DNA of 64,000 nucleotides from Planctomycetaceae bacterium (GTDB lineage Bacteria; Planctomycetota; PLA2): NCBI GenBank assembly GCA_052388375.1, contig JBQTIG010000081.1, positions 20,215 to 84,214 of the forward strand, read 5' to 3'. Shown piece by piece: positions 63,630 to 64,000 of this stretch (position 1 is its first letter; each line of letters starts with the position of its first letter). The notes under the pieces were generated by a model. It saw only the letters and a program-made list of their open reading frames with translations, ran no database searches and was not told where the DNA came from. The position numbers and the translations under genes were made by a program.

Positions 63630-64000
63630 CGCCCCGGAGGGTTTTTACCAGAGTTCAGGACCGGCGGCGAACAGCGCCATACTCCCGCCAGGGCTCGCGC
63701 CGTCCGAATCGCTGCTCGTGGCGGCGGTCCTCGACTTCGGGCGGCGCCACCTACGTCTGCGTTGAAGGCACGATCGCCGCGCTGCGGCGGATCGCGCACG
63801 AGGCCGCGGCGAAGGACCCGCGCCTGAAGCAGGTCTGGCTCGTCGGGAGCCCAGCGCGGGGCACGGCCACGCCGCGCGGCGACGCCTTGGGGCGGCTCGT
63901 GGCGCGGGAGGGGATCGCGCTCGTCTCCGCCGCCCCCGCGCCGTGGTACTCGCGCAGCAGGGTGGCGTACTTGGTCCACTCCGGGTCGGTCGGGAGGGCC

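Noticed and set aside
63630-64000. High-GC3 partial reading frames on both strands at the window edge (plus: ...TIAALRRIAHEAAAKDPRLKQVWLVGS...; minus: ...LPTDPEWTKYATLLREYHG...)
   Set aside because: I cannot decide which strand is coding, or assign a function, from about 300 nt at the window end. They are left unannotated.

Overview
This 64 kb window is about 70% GC. It looks like a chromosomal segment from a diderm (Gram-negative-type) bacterium, based on BamD, an LptE-like lipoprotein, a TamB/AsmA-like giant protein, a Tat-anchored Rieske protein and a lipobox protein. The phylum cannot be assigned from sequence alone. The Ser/Thr-kinase-linked ECF sigma factor, the split cytochrome b and the CarboxypepD_reg giant proteins are reminiscent of Acidobacteriota, Gemmatimonadota or Planctomycetota.

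Main blocks:
(1) 1-11494, minus strand: an unusual respiratory operon. In transcription order it encodes a HEAT-repeat protein, cytochrome b6-like and subunit-IV-like split cytochrome b, a 1241-aa octaheme c-type cytochrome with a long coiled-coil stalk, a Tat-Rieske Fe-S protein, a lipoprotein with a putative type-1 copper (cupredoxin-like) site, aa3-type oxidase subunits II and I, and heme A synthase. I read this as a bc-type complex hard-wired to an aa3 oxidase.
(2) 11628-14538, plus strand: a small epimerase-like protein, a NodU/CmcH-type carbamoyltransferase and an IMPase-family phosphatase, linked by overlapping stop/start codons.
(3) 14736-32119, minus strand: a long co-directional housekeeping array of TamB-like, alr, tsaB, cdaR, cdaA, folP, ftsH, lptE-like, bamD, recO, corC-like, ruvC, a HEAT/alpha-beta-hydrolase protein and ispD.
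(4) A ~155 bp MITE-like element with terminal inverted repeats GGAGCCTATCCGAAAA, present in two inverted copies at 14538-14688 and 32282-32442. The second copy is inserted between divergent ispD and ispF. A possible solo end lies near 23403.
(5) ispF-cysS, a Tat/lipobox flavin amine oxidase, and a 1114-aa protein of tandem CarboxypepD_reg-like repeats.
(6) A lower-GC islet (39390-41060) with an LTXXQ/Spy-like periplasmic protein and two small secreted hypotheticals.
(7) A YgiQ radical-SAM gene divergent from, and start-overlapping with, a putative zinc-metallopeptidase-like plus ATP-grasp (Ddl-like) pair. This is an amidoligase/peptidase system that has been predicted but is uncharacterised.
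(8) trmB, a B3/4-domain protein, a nitroreductase whose start is lost in poly-G tracts, a stand-alone triple-PAS membrane sensor, kbl, Fe/Mn sod and RNase D.
(9) An accessory-looking end region (52000-64000). It holds a point-mutated transposase remnant, an ECF sigma factor translationally coupled to a Ser/Thr kinase-WD40 protein, a 1204-aa beta-propeller lipoprotein whose 3' end is duplicated 4020 bp downstream, a yebC 3' remnant, and a second Ser/Thr kinase with an uncharacterised N-terminal domain.

No rRNA, tRNA or CRISPR arrays were found. Many long ORFs in the six-frame track are antisense or off-frame artefacts of the high GC content and were rejected.
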